From contig JBHGNT010000016.1 in assembly GCA_043228905.1 (NCBI GenBank), forward strand, positions 8,246,001 to 8,310,000: a stretch of DNA of 64,000 nt. Reading direction: 5' to 3'. The stretch's first letter is position 1. Each line of letters opens with the position of its first letter. The position numbers and the translations under genes were made by a program. This DNA comes from Azolla caroliniana. Lineage: Eukaryota; Plantae; Polypodiophyta. This document shows, piece after piece, positions 1 through 13,978 of this stretch. The notes under the pieces were generated by a model that ran no database searches, was not told where the DNA came from, and worked only from the letters and a program-made list of their open reading frames with translations.

Positions 1-1145
1 ACGAGATATATGTCAACAAGATCAACCATGGATATCTATGATGCAATATTTTATTGAGCATGAAGGATTGGTGCATGGGAAACCAAAGATTCAAGCATCA
101 TGGTGGTCACTACTGAATGGAAGTATTCCTCTAATGATTTGACATTCTGTATGTGGACAACATTTGGTAAGATCGTGGCAAGATGCATTATCTCTTTTTG
201 AATGGGGACCATCAAGTGATCGAGAATATTGTAATTCATTACAAAACGAATTGCTTGTTTCTTCTCGAGTGTTTTGGCATGGGAAAGAGAAGTTGAGATC
301 TCAATTCAATCGTTTATTTCGATTGGGGATTGTACATTTGGAAGATGTGGTTGATAATGAATCTCAAAGGTTGTCGGATTTTGAAGATGCCAAGAGATGG
401 TTATGTATTCCCCCAAATTATGGATTTATTTGGGAGAAACTACATGATATACCATTGTTGCAAGGATCTTTGCCATTGAAAACCAATTTTGCACCTTGGG
501 TAGATTGGCGGTTACAAGATGGTACACGCTTGTTACAGGTCACTACAAATACATTGTATCATCATTATCTTGGTTATCTCCTAAATCAATGAAGTTGTGG
601 AATGTATATAAGTCAAACGCACGGTATTACAACGTGGTTGGCATTCCCATCGACCATTTCGTGCAAAGGAATTCATATGGAGAGTTATGATTGGTGGGCT
701 CCCATTAGGTTCGGCCTTAAAGAGACGAGGACTATGGTATGACACTTGTTTCTTTTGCACCGTTCCATTGGAGGATAGTACACATGGGTTCATTAAATGT
801 CCTATAGTGTGTACCATTTGGAAGTACTTATCAAACATTTGGAAAGTTTTAACCCATTGTTGTTTGAGACCTCAACGATGGGTTTTTTCTCAATATGTTC
901 AAAATGGATCAAATGATGAGATGGAGATATTGTTCCAATTTTTACATTATTGGGGTCTACAACACAATTGGAATATGCGTAATGCTTTCATGTTTGATAA
1001 TAGACATGGGGTGAAAGCCTATATAAAGAAGCTTAAAGGTATTCTCATGTGGAATTTTTGGATGTTAGAGCATGTGGGGATCATTTCCTCAAATGCATAT
1101 TCAGGTTTTTTAGTAGCATTACATAACGTTCCTCTCCCTACATAG
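1..1145 (+). mobile_element. Degenerate L1-type LINE ORF2 3' fragment (zf-RVT region)
   Basis: Broken ORFs 164-592 and 687-1145. LPLG...CFFC...EDSTH.FIKC..V..IW matches the C-terminal CCHC zinc-finger region of plant L1 ORF2. Followed by a (GA)n(TG)n microsatellite. Confidence 0.7.
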
Positions 1146-1228
1146 GCATATGATAGGTAGAGGAGCCCTGAAGTGTTGTGATTAAGTGGATTTTACATAC
1201 AATTAATATAATTGTGTGCTTTTACCAA

Positions 1229-1252
1229 AGAGAGAGAGAGAGAGAGAGAGAT

Positions 1253-1292
<40 letters not shown>
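1229..1292. repeat. Compound microsatellite (GA)n-(TG)n
   Basis: Directly visible. Confidence 0.95.
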
Positions 1293-1293
<1 letters not shown>

Positions 1294-4200
1294 AAGTGCT
1301 AGTTATACTAGGGTTGTGAGACCAAAGGTTCAAGGGTGATGGACAACCACTCTTGCCCAATTCGCTACTAATAGTAAATAGAGGTCTAGATAATTTGGCC
1401 AACGATATCGACGTTGAGGTGTAACTTCATCAATCCATAGAAATGTTTCAGTGTCATGTGCATGGAAACTACACAGAAGTACCACACAATATTCTATTGA
1501 ACTCGAGAAAAAAAACATCATAATATTAATGATCGATTCTAATGCATTTCAAACAAACGAGGACATATTTAGATGTTTATTTGTGTTAGAGAGCTTAGTT
1601 CTATATTAATTATCTGATTTCACATTCTCATCATGCAAATTGTGGACCCAATCTTGGCCTTTTTAAGCCATTGGAATTTCCCAAAGTATTTCTCACTTGA
1701 CCAATAGTAAAGAGGTTTATGATGAGGCTTTTGAGGGGAGTAGTTTACATTTCAAGGGAAGCTTTTTAGAGAAAAATTTCACAACTTTAACTCCACAAAT
1801 TGAAATTGCATGATTCTTGATGTTCTGGAAACCTCTCACCAAGATATTTCTAATGGTAGGCATATAATAAGGTTCTAGAAACATCCACTAAATCATTTAG
1901 TTCCCCCTAATGCGTAAGTATGTTGGTGGCATGATATTGTTCACACCATCCAATGTTGAGTCTAAAAGTTTCCTAGTGTTGAAAAGAGGAAATGCCATAA
2001 TGGAAGAGTTGAGAAGAAATAAGCTATTGGCATTGGCATGAGGGAATATGTGGTAAAGCCGCGTCATAGTGTATGGTTCATGGGATGGTAATGCAAGGTA
2101 AAGTTGCATCATGTATGGCTCATGCGAGGGTCATGCAAAGTCATGCCTATGTAATGGTTAGACATTACCGAATAACTCCAATTTCAAGAGCTCATTCAAC
2201 ATGGACATGGCTCAAATCCTCGCCAACATTAAAAACGGGCTTGCCACGAGGCAATGAGAAGCTCATCCACAACTTGTTCACTAAAAGAAAAGGGTCCATC
2301 GAACAATTTAGAGTATTGATCACTATATACAACATGACTTGTAAAACAATCATTAATATTTTGTTGTATCATACGAAATGAACATTTGTGAACATCATGA
2401 GCAAATTGACTATTCAAGCAAGCTATGTTACAGATGGAGAAAAACATATCAACGAATCCAACCACAATGATTAAACTCATGTTACATGTCCATAACAACA
2501 TGTTAATGAATACAATCACCGAGTGTTTGTGTCAAACTAGAATTAATAATGGTGATGTGTGCCGTTAGATAGCTCATGCACATGTTTTTCTAGCAACTAT
2601 ATTTTTAAAACCATCTCCTTATTCCCAACCAACCTTTTTCTTTGAAGTAAATTTGTTCCGCAAATTGATTAGAGTCATAAGAATATAATAAGCTATGAAT
2701 CCTTTTTTATGCAAAAGTAATTATCGTGCCAATAAATAGGAATCTAAGAACTTAGTTACAAGTTATGGTTGAAAAGTCAAGTTCTTTGCTCGCTCCACAT
2801 TGACCTAGTGTGATATTTCTTTGAATAGCCAAAAGCTTTTAAGATCGCTTCTCAACAACGTGATATATTGTTTTTAAATCTTGGGAAGTTAGACGTCACA
2901 TCACGTGTAGTAAGTGTCAACTTCGTATGTGTCCTAAATAAATTGATACTACACCTTTCTCGAAGCATATACCATGATTTTGGAAATCGAGTTCAATGAC
3001 ATTTTGTTTTTTTTAGAGACTATTTCTTTGAAATTTATTAATAAATTGGGTGGTGGTGTATATGTATTCCTAAAAGAGGGCCTTTCGAAATATCAGACAT
3101 CTAAGATGCATCATTTTGTTCACCTTTAGATATTATCTACTTCTCTTGTGTAGTGACGCTTAAATATTAGATATTATGGTTTGAGGTGGAGAAACACAGT
3201 GCAATAAATAATGTTGTAGGTTTAGGGTTAGGGTTAGAGATAATGGTGATAAAGATAGGAATAGGGTTAGCGATGATGATGCTAGTAATGATGAATGATG
3301 TGATGGCGAGATTGATAAGCATTGCATAGGGGTGCAAGCCCCCTTGGCCATTCACACTAATCACTCACTCACACCTCTTCTTATCTGTCCACTCACATGC
3401 ACACTTTTTTTTCCTTCAAAGATTTTCTTCAGCAGTATTGATGAAAAACACCCGAAGGCTACAACTTGAGCTTGTCTGCCCAGAATCTTACAATTTTATT
3501 TTTTTATTTTTTTTCAAAACAAAATATACTTCTTTTACCAAGCATCATATGCATGTGAATCATAATCATTACTCCCAACATGTAAGGAATAATTAAAATC
3601 CAGCTCCCAAAGTGAGAGTTTCCCTTCCATATCTCTCAAGAAAAACAACATTACACTCACACTCACAGTCATAATTGTATACATTACACATACATACAAC
3701 AACATTAAACCTCTTCACCCTCACTCATTACACTCAACTCTCCATACATCTCGTACAATAACAAATATATTAAGCAATGGGGCGTGATTCTCCTAAATGA
3801 TAGGGTGTGATCGTTGGTGTTTAACAATTAAGTACTAGCATTTTGTCAAAGTGGTGTGGATATAAACATCAAAGTGTCATTATCTTCATGGGATACGAAA
3901 GAAACATGAGTTCGATATAAAATATCAATTTGCCATCAATTTGATTGACATTGTATTTGGATTTCTTTGATATTGTGATTGCTCTTAAAATCACCACAAT
4001 CCCATGAAAAAACTCAAAACCGATGCCTAACATTGTTTATATAAATATTTTCTGAACCTTGTCCACATGATCCACATGGGCTTTTAACATGTAGTCTTGA
4101 AATGATTTACGAGGTTGTTTATATCTTTATGTTTTGAATTGACATCACATTGTCTTATTCAGGAAAAAAAATGCATGCCATTTGATTTTTTCTACACTTT

Positions 4201-6236
4201 TCATTATCTTGGAACTCGAGGGGCACACATCTATTGAAAACATCGAAGAAAGTCACACAATGACTTTTCAACAACTAATAGCTTCATTTGTTATGCTTGC
4301 TTATACATCCCAAGGGAATGGAGATCATGATATCCAATATGCCTATCCAAATTTTGTATAAATATATCAGTTAGAAAGAAATTCCTCGGAAACAACAATT
4401 CAATACAAACTGCTTTCGAAGAGTATGATGAATCCATGCTTTTAAGATTGATTGTGAAAGTCGTAAAGCATGGATAAGCTTTGCGCTTGAAAGCACGGGT
4501 TGAAAAACGAAATGTGGATGAAAAACATGCTAAATGGAGGAGAATATTCAAAATGTATGTATGTTTGCTTGTATCCAAGGAACTCTATCCTTAAAGAGTG
4601 GAATGTGGCCATGGTTGCATGAATAAATTCGGGGACACCAAGCTAGGGGCACATCACTAGACTACAATGAGAAATCTTAACGGAGATCAAAAGATATGAC
4701 TCAAATGCAAAAGGAGCTAGTATTGGTCAATGAAAAGTGTTAATGTAATGTCCATTTACGAAACACGTAATCTTAAACAATACATCAAATGTGTAGACAA
4801 TGTGATATTGTACCTCTCATTAGCACATTGTCACCATGTAATGTTATTGTCTTCAACCACTAGGAATAGGGTTCTTCAACCAATAGACAACTTGTACTCA
4901 TGCAATGCTATGAATAATCATATGCAATACAATTTGAAAAGGTGAGGGTTAGTACCAACAATGACTTTGTACCTTGTTTGATTAGAAATAAAAGAATGTA
5001 AGAAACGTTTGATCGTCGAGTTTTCTTTTCACAAATATGTAACGACGACCATCACTATTCTATGTGTGAAAAAAATCATGTTTGAGATTGAAAATTGTTT
5101 CCATTCATGTACATGTGTGCAGTCACATTGGTGATAGGGTTACTTACTAGATTTAACCCTGAAAATTCATTCTCTCAAAATGGAATTGTTTATACCCACA
5201 AGGAAATGGACATTTATAGTGCATAAAGAAGCATTTAGCACTTTACACTTATTAGTTTAAAGAGACACGGTCTCAAGTGGATATAGGTGTGACGAAAGGT
5301 ATCCTTGTATGGATTAGTTGCCAACGCAACTATCATGACGAAACATACAAAAACATTACTTGTAGAATGGTATCTAGAAAGTTAATACATGTATAAAACA
5401 TTGTCAATGTTCAACCGCATTATGAATGTAGCGCAAATGTTGTCCTATGTTGAAATTACCTACTAATGGGCTAAATTGAAGGGGGTTAGGGGGGGGGGGG
5501 GTAGTGAATATTTGTAGGAATGTGGTGCAAAGAATATGTCAATCCTTGGAATCTCAAACATGTCTACTACAAATCAATAATTTGAGCAATCATAGGCAAG
5601 TTGAAAGTTGAAACTATAATATTGTTCACACTTCATTGGATAGTGAGTTGAGTTACATTTATCTCGAATTAAGGTTTACAAGAAGCGTAAGTGTAAAATA
5701 AAAATAAATGCTTTCACCGATTGTTGGTGGTGAAAACATCACTATAGATGGCAATAATTTTTTAGTACTCGTGATTAGTTTTGTATCAATGTGAGACATT
5801 GTATGAACAGAACAAAATAGGAAAGATTCAAAGATGGGCAATCTTGATGATGATTTGGGAGCTTTATATCTTGTTTTTGTTAAGTAGTTTGCGTAAATGG
5901 GAAGTTAGAGCATGACCCTACTTGTGCATAAGATACATAAGTTTGGATTCCAATGTGTTATGGTATTCCAAATTGCGCTCCTTATTTGCCAAATGTGTCA
6001 TGTAATAAACATACTTTGAAATTTGATGTTATTGAAGTTGTCCGTGATCTTATGGAGGTTTGGTATGTGCGTTTGTGGGGTGAATGATGCATTAGAGCCA
6101 AGAGTCGGAGGCAGTTAGTGAGGGGCAAAACCACCAATGGAGGTGTAGATGGTAAGGATTGATATCATAGACAGAGAACGCAAGCCGAAGCGGAACACGC
6201 GGACGAGATGGTTGGGTGCCCATGCGAAATCCCAAC

Positions 6237-6360
6237 ATGTATGTGTATGTGTATGTGTATGTGTATGTATGTGGTATGTATGTGATGCATGTGGTATGTG
6301 TATACATGGATATGTATGTATAATGTATGTATGTATGTATGTATGTATGTATGTATGTAC
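6237..6360. repeat. (TATGTG)n/(TATG)n microsatellite upstream of the kinase gene
   Basis: Directly visible. It produces the spurious HTYI/CVCV ORFs. Confidence 0.9.
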
Positions 6361-7162
6361 ATATTTGTTTTCTAAAGGAATGCCTTCTCTGTCTGTGTTG
6401 TCTCTCAGGAAAGCCAATTGTATTATTTTTTAGGTCTTCTTCTTCTTCTTCTTCTTCTTCTTTGACTCCTTCATTTTTCTGATGCCCCATCCGTCGTCTT
6501 CATCACCGTCCTGATGATCATATCCTCCTCCCCTTCCTTCTCTGCAGAATCAAACAGAAAGCAGAAAGCAGAAAGCAGAATGCAGAAACAACAGATGAAA
6601 GACGATACCTCATTTCCCTCCCTCCCTCGCCCCCGCTCTCTCTAACACACAGGCACCGACAGAGCTTGATTTCTTTGATTTGTGCAGCAGCCAATGAAAG
6701 CTTCCAAGTAAGCGGTTCCGGTTTATTTATTTATATCTAATTATCGCCTTAAAAATCAAGCAGAAAATATTGATCTGAAGGCGAAAATTATTCTTTCTCT
6801 TCTGTTTTTCCTCCTATTCTTCTCTCTTCTTCCGTTTTCTATTTATATATTATGCGTATGCTCTCTGATATGCACATATAAAGAAGAGAGCGAGCTGTTG
6901 ATGAAGCTCCATAGCTTGTAAAAACAAATCCTTATTTAAAGGGCATCCTTTTGTTTCTCGCAAAACGATAGAATAATTTTTGTTCTTTATTCTCCCTTAT
7001 GTAAGACCTTCTCTTCGACGTTGAATTCTAGACAAAAACGCGTTTTCATGATGGATCTCTAAAGATAACCAGAGTCTATTATGGATCTGTTGTATACATA
7101 CATATACATATGAAAGAGTCTGCTCTACTACATGCTGTACAGCAATCCTTTTTGATCTTCTC

Positions 7163-10100
7163 ATGAATTCTGGCCAAGAAGTGCAAGGATTGAGACAAAC
7201 AAGTTCTTCAAGAAGTGTAGTGAGCCAAGAAGGTTCGTCAAGAAGTATAATGATTTCATCGAGAAACAATTATGGGACGGACCTTTCAGAACGAGAAGTA
7301 GCAAGAAATTGCTTGACCTTACATAGTTCTGGAACTTCTTCTTCTTCTTCTTCTTCTTCGCTGTCTTCATCAACTGACTCTGAACGAGTGAATATAGAAG
7401 ATGGCTGGTTAATCAATGCGAATCTTCTTTTTGTGGGCCCTAAGATCGGAGAGGGAGCTTATAGCAAGGTTTATGAGGGCAAGTATGTATCCATTCTTTT
7501 CCTTTGTATGTGTTTGAAAATCTACCCATTATTCAAGTCTTAAATATGCACAGTTCTTTTCTTTATAAAAATACTATATTCTGTTCTCTAGTTCAAGTGT
7601 TGAGTGCATAATTCAAACCTGAAAGCATGTTTTCAATAATGGGAAAGAATGAGAACTCTTTACTTCTTTTTGACATGAGTTGAATGATAAGTGAACTTTA
7701 AACATGGTAACCAGGTCCCTTAATGAGAAATTATGATTCTTTCCTATACGAGTTGGCTGAATCACCTTTGAACTTTAAACATGTCTGATATCTACCTTGC
7801 ATGAGATTCATCATTATTATTTTCTTTGTAATCTGTATTCTAATATCAGTGTGAATCAACAATCAACTTAAACATGCTTAGTGTGTAGTTTAATGAGGGA
7901 TTTTGATTTCTAATGTGAGTTGAATCACAAATCAACTTGCTTAAACATATTTGGAGCTAGCTTAATGATGACTTTATTATTTTCTAATATGGATTGAATC
8001 AGAAGACAAATGTAAAACAAAGTTTGCTAGCTAGGTTTTGATGAAAGAATGATAATTTTTTGTTTTCTTTCTCTGTAGTTTGTGTTTGAATGTGAGATAC
8101 GGTTGAATCATATGTTTTTGGTATCTAGCTTAATGAAGACCTAGCTTAATGAGAACTTTATTTTTGGCCAATATGAGTTGAATCAGAAACCAAACTTAAA
8201 CAGAAAGAACGAATTTTTTTGTTAATTTTCTCTGTAATTTATGCTATAATATGAGTTGCAACAGAAGACAAATCATTCTTGAACATGTTTGATAGCTCTA
8301 TACTTGATGGAAGAATTTTAGAATTCTTAAAATCTGTTTTCTTTCTGAATAGATATCATAACAAAGAAATTGCTGTGAAAATAATCCAGCCGGGTGAGAC
8401 CGTGAAGGAAATAGCCAAGAGAGAATCACGTTTTGCAAGAGAAATCGCTCTACTGCAAAAAGTCCAGCATAAGAATCTGGTAAAAGTGAGTATCTTCTGC
8501 ACCAGGTTTTCTACAAGCCAGCATGATTATTAAGAAAATATTAAGTTTTGATTCACAACTGGGTAAGCACATTGATGATAAAGCTTTGATGGTATATTAG
8601 AATGATTTATTCAGCACAGAGATCATTAAGCTGTAATAGCTATGAATAATTCTTTATTTTTGATTCACAACTATAAGAGTGCCATAATAATTCACCTTCA
8701 GTGCGTACGAATAAGATTATATTTTGATTCGCAACTTCCTTGTGTAGTTGAGATTGTGGAAACTTACTTTCCTCATGGAATTGTTGTGTGTCTAAGCCAT
8801 ATGCTCACCATGAAATATTACGTACATCATCTGATTGGTTGTGACTTCAGTTTGTAGTAGTGGATCATGTATGTCATAATGCAAGAATCACAACTTGCCT
8901 TAAAGGGTGTTCTGGTTATTTACTTGAATAGTTCATTGGAGCATGTGCGAAACCTGCAATGCTTAAGAATATGATTGTATTTTGATTCACAACTTGTGTA
9001 ATTGAGATGCTGGAAAATTATTTTTGTCATGCAATTGTTGTGATTCCAACCTATACGCTCACTGTGAAATATTATTTTCACGATTCGATTGGTTGTGAGT
9101 TCAATTTGTAGCACTGATTATATACATGCCATAACGCAAGAATCAGATCTTGTCATAAAAGGAGTTCTGATTATTTGCATTAACAGTTCATTGGAGCATG
9201 TGAGAAACCTGCAATGGTTGTAGTGACAGAGCTCTTGCGTGGAGGTTCTCTTCGCAAGCATCTGATGAATCAAAGACCTGGAAGGTTGGAACTTCATCTG
9301 GTTGTGAGTTATGCGTTGGACATCGCCCAAGCCATGGAATGCCTTCACAGCTATGGAATCATTCATCGTGACCTGAAGCCAGGTATTGCTTTCCAAGTAC
9401 TATCTCTAACAAGGCTTTTGTATGTAACAAGTTGACAAATTGTAATACACCCCAATGAATTCTCAAAGTTCAATCATTACCAGAAGAGCCCTCAGTCTTC
9501 AAAATGTTTACCACTGTTGGGGGCATTCTGGTAATAATTGAATATCTGAGGGGCACTCTGTTAAATATCCAAGAACATTAGAGGTCTTAGCTGTTTATTC
9601 CTACAATGATTCATTTCCTATTCTGACAGAGAATCAAAATTTGAGTTGTATGCATTTTAAATGAGCTAGTTACTAGTATAGGTTAATGTGCATCAATTTT
9701 TAACTTTATCACTTATGCTGGTCTTTAATGCATGCTTGGGATTGCCCAATACTTCTAACTAATTCTGAAGCGTAAGTACCAAGGTGCACTCTGGTAAATA
9801 TGCAAGAACATTAGAGGTATTTAGATGTTAGATGTTTTGGCCTACGATGATTCTTTTTCTATTCTGACATAAAATCAAAATTGGAGTTGATAAAGCTTTT
9901 TAAATTAGCTACCAAGTATTGATGCATGGCATTTAAACTTTGTCACTTACTCTGGTTTCTAATGAATGCTTTTGATGGTGCTTAATATCTTTAACTCATT
10001 CTGAAGCGTAAGTTCTAAAATACAATAATGTAAACACATTATTTGTAATGTTTCCTATATACATTCTTGATTAGGAGTGCCTAATTGTGGCATTTGTTCG

Positions 10101-11084
10101 TGCAGATAACTTACTCTTAACTGTAGACCTCAAATCTGTGAAACTAGCTGATTTTGGACATGCAAGGGAGCTAACACTAAATGAAATGATGACAGCAGAG
10201 ACAGGGACTTATAGGTGGATGGCACCTGAGGTGGGAGACAAAGCAATGTATGGACGTGATAATCTGTATTCTTACTATAGTGAGATCTGATTCAATTCAT
10301 TCTCTGATCTGCAGCTATATAGTACGGTGACGTTACGGAATGGTGAAAAGAAGCATTATGATCATAAAGTAGATGTGTACAGTTTTTCTATTGTGTTGTG
10401 GGAGCTCTTAACAAATCGGATGCCCTTTGAGGGTATGTCGAACTTACAGGCAGCCTATGCAGCTGCCTTTAAGGTGCGATTGAAGATAAACAAATTTAAA
10501 TAAAAACATTTAGAAGAAAAGTGGAATAATCTCATTAAGATGGTGGTTATGATAAGGTTTCTTATGGTATCTGTTAATAAATTTTGTTTACCGTACAAAT
10601 GCTGTCTCTTAAATCTCATTAAGGTTCTATATTAAAGCTTTTTCAGGGTGTTCCTATATAAACATTTTGATAGTAAAATGCAAATATAATCTCATTAAGG
10701 TGGTTGTGTGTTTTGTAGGGAACAAGGCCCTCTCTTTCCGAAGATTTAAATCTTCCTAAAGAGCTGGTATTTATCCTGCAGTCGTGTTGGGCTGAAGATC
10801 CTCAAATGCGACCAAATTTCAAGGAAGTGATTTGCATGCTCAACTCGTTTCTTTTGACAATCTCAACACCACCTAGAGATTCAGAAATAATGCAAAGAGA
10901 AATGGTATCAAAAAGCATGCCTAGTTCAAAAATCATGTTTACCAAAGACTCTTCATCATCAAAAGAAAAAGAAGTGATTGTAGGAACCAATCTTAGTATT
11001 CCACAAAACAAATCAAAGGGTGTTCTTTCCACTATACTCAAAAGATGTCGCATCACAGGAACTGGAGAGCGTATCATAAGCTGA
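7163..11084 (+). CDS. Raf-like Ser/Thr/Tyr protein kinase, ATN1-like; exons 7163-7482, 8353-8485, 9187-9382, 10106-10230, 10315-10473, 10719-11084
   Basis: GT-AG exons join in frame: IGEGAYSKVYEGK, IAVKII, FAREI, FIGAC..P.MVVVTELL.GGSLRK, IIHRDLKPDNLLL, VKLADFG, MMTAETGTYRWMAPE, LYSTVTLRNGEKKHYDHKVDVYSF, MPFEGMSNLQAAYAAAFK, CWAEDP..RPNF. The LYSTVTLR-GEKKHY and SNLQAAYAAAFK motifs typify the ATN1 subgroup. Confidence 0.95.
7620..8300. repeat. Degenerate tandem array (~60 bp units) in kinase intron 1
   Basis: Recurring gagttgaatca...aacttaaacat...gcttaatga motifs. Confidence 0.6.
8711..9216 (+). repeat. ~255 bp tandem duplication in intron 2 that includes the exon-3 acceptor and first 10 codons
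   Basis: 8711-8961 aligns with ~8968-9216. ag|ttcattggagcatgtgcgaaacctgcaatg (8932) versus ag|ttcattggagcatgtgagaaacctgcaatg (9187). Confidence 0.85.
9550..10015. repeat. ~230 bp tandem duplication in intron 3
   Basis: gcactctg.taaatat.caagaacattagagg ... ttctgaagcgtaagt occurs at ~9553-9777 and ~9786-10013. Confidence 0.8.
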
Positions 11085-11780
11085 AGGATTGATACCACAG
11101 TATCTTATCGAATGTAATTTTGTGATAAATATCATATACACAGAAACACATCCATTTTGATTCAGATAACTTTGGTATCTGCATCATAGTTGGTGATCAG
11201 ATTTGATTGGTGTATCTATCTGGGTAATCCAATAAAAAAGAAGGAAAAGAATCCTTGCAAGTTCATGGTCTATACCTGCTTCAACTGCAAAGAAGCAAGA
11301 GTATCTATTAACTTGATGAAAGAGAATCTACAACTTGCAAGATGGGTTGTAAACCTTTCGTTGAACTCTCTTATAAAGAAAAGGTCAAAGGCATGTTTGG
11401 AACTTCCTTATTTCTCCTCTTAAAAGAGGAAAATGTTGCTAAATTGTTCGTTTCATCATCTATGTCTTCAGACAATGTTGAACACATCTTATAAAACTGA
11501 TTACCATCATAAACCGACTTTATCTGCTCCATATGTGCCAAAATGCCTATCCTACAGGAATATATTTCTTCACCAGTTGCAGGGTTTCATTATATATGCA
11601 TGAAATGATAGAATATAAGACAATACCACAAATTTACTAAAGCGATTTTCATTAGTTAATTCCATTGCCTCAAATTCATTAGTTATTCCTTTTGTGTAAA
11701 AGATAAATTCATTCCTTTGCATGCCACAAATTTAATTTCTGGAATTATGTTAGGTTTTGGTGGGTTAGTGTTGTGAATAG

Positions 11781-12390
11781 TAGCAATGGGCTCGGTTTCG
11801 GCTCAAACCGAACCAAACCGTTAAACCGTGGCTTAATGGTTTATTGGTTCAAAAATAAATAAACCGTTTGGTTTGGTTTCAAATGTTATGATCCAGTTTG
11901 GTTTTGAATTTCATTGTTTAACAATTTAACGGTTTAGCGGTTTTGGTTTTGGTTTAAAGGTTTATAGGATTATAGGATTATAGGTTGAAAAATATTCCCA
12001 AATTTTCACCTCTAGGCTAACTTTCAACTTTTAATTTTAAACCTCTAGGCTCTAACTTTTTAAAATTTATATACATTATAAGTAGAGTGTCCTTTTGATG
12101 TATGATTATCAAATTTATGATACGTACGATGACTAAATTTATGATAGGTATGATGACCAAATTTATAATAAGTGTGAAAACTAAATGTATGATAAGTATG
12201 ATGACCAAATTTATGATGATTTTTTCACATAGATTCATAATATGTATGATAATCAATATCTCAAAAAAATGATTTGGTTTGGTTTTGATTTATGATAAAC
12301 CGGTTTGGTTTGGTTCTAAAATTTCTGTAAACAGTTTGGTTTCAAGGCCAAGAAACCAACCGAACTGAACCCAAACTAGGCCCATTGCTA
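11781..12390. mobile_element. Non-autonomous hAT-type DNA transposon (MITE)
   Basis: TIRs TAGCAATGGGC / GCCCATTGCTA, perfect 8-bp TSD GTGAATAG (11773-11780, 12391-12398), and many subterminal AAACCG/CGGTTT motifs. Confidence 0.92.
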
Positions 12391-13978
12391 GTGAATAGGG
12401 AGCAAGCATATGAAAATAAGGAGCATGTATATGACAATGTTATAAAATGATGTTACAAGCTGAAAAAGCTCAAATATAGATGTATACTTAGGGGCCAGTA
12501 GCTAAAATACCTAAAGGCTAAGAGAGACAAATTCATTCCTATGCATGTCAGAAATTTAATTTCTGGAATTATTTATGGTTTTGGTAAGCAAATGTTGTGA
12601 ATAGGGGAGCACGTATAACACCGCTATAAAATGATGTTATAAGCTTTGAAGAAACTCAAATATAGATAGTGCAATGAAATTTGAGATTCTTCTAATGCTT
12701 CATACTCGAGCACTATTGGATGCACCCTTCTATTATTCTATGAGCTATCTATATCAACAAAAGACAAGAATCAAAGAATAGGACATCCCTCCATGAAAAT
12801 AAAGACGTAATTGTTGGATATAAGAAAGAGTTAATTTACCCACTTCCTAATGTTTGTGTTTGAAATGGATGGATATTTAGCATACTCACTCACAAGGCCA
12901 ATTATACATGGGTTGTTGGTGTGTAAATAATAGAATAGACAAGGCATATTTGCTTTCTAGTGTCTTTGAATTCTAAATGGATGGATATATAGATCAATTA
13001 ACATCCTCGAGGGCGACCTACATGGGTTTTGGTGGGGTTGCAAGGTCATCTAACCTCAAATAGGCCACCTTAGACAAGCAAAAGAAATTCTCTATGTTGG
13101 TTCAATAGAGGTAAACGAATGCTCTAACATGTGTTTTGTATGTGTTCTAGGATTAGGCATTCTCACCAAGTTTTCTTTTGGATTATGTTGTGGAAATCAG
13201 TTGATGCGGGTTCACATTATGGACCTTTGTATTGACCTTTCCATATGATTGTCCTGCCATGGAATAATGGTATACCTGATTAAAGTGACTTGTACATCAC
13301 ATAGCCATGGGCACAGTTCCAAGATGTTTTCATTTTACAGTCTAATAATTGTACGTTGAAAGACAAAAAGAGATTGATGGATCAATGTGGTGTAAGATTA
13401 TAGAGGAAAGGGTGCTATTACCACACCGCTTATAGCAAGGTACAATGTCTATGCGGCTACATGAAAAGGGATTTGTCAAGTAGATATGTCAAAGGGATTT
13501 GTATAACAACTTGCAAGGAAACCAGTTGATTGTCTCTGAACATTTTGATGCATACACTTTGGTTTTCTCGATTTATCAGGGGGTCAGAAAACATATACTC
13601 AAGAAATATAGTAGATTGTTCAGAATCTCAAGAAACTTGGAAACAATAAAGATATTTCATTACATATGAATCATAGATCTTAAACATTTACCATGTACAA
13701 AGAAACATAAGAATAAGAAATGGATAGAATATTATTTGATTTGTGATTGCACATCTTCAACGTGTGCCATAGATCATGCGGTCATAATAAGTTCATTCTG
13801 TGCCGGAAAAGATCATCTACTCTGCATAGTGCCGCGATAAATAACAGATAACTCATATTGAGCACCATAGCCACATAGCCAAAGAAATGAAAGAAAATTT
13901 GTTTTTTTGATGTAAAATTTTGTGCTTGCCACCAAATTTTGCCATTCTCACAAGAACCTTTATATGTAGAGAGAGACC

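Noticed and set aside
3219-3237. Telomere-like TTTAGGGTTAGGGTTAG
   Set aside because: Fewer than three units, within low-complexity sequence.
1650-5450. Possible decayed DNA-transposon (hAT/MULE-like) coding remnants
   Set aside because: Coding-like texture but no motif I could identify reliably, and no TIRs or TSD found.
6092-6490. ORFs with HTYI/CVCV repeats
   Set aside because: Translations of microsatellites.
13140-13600. Possible L1 3' remnant between the two genes
   Set aside because: Too degenerate to support.
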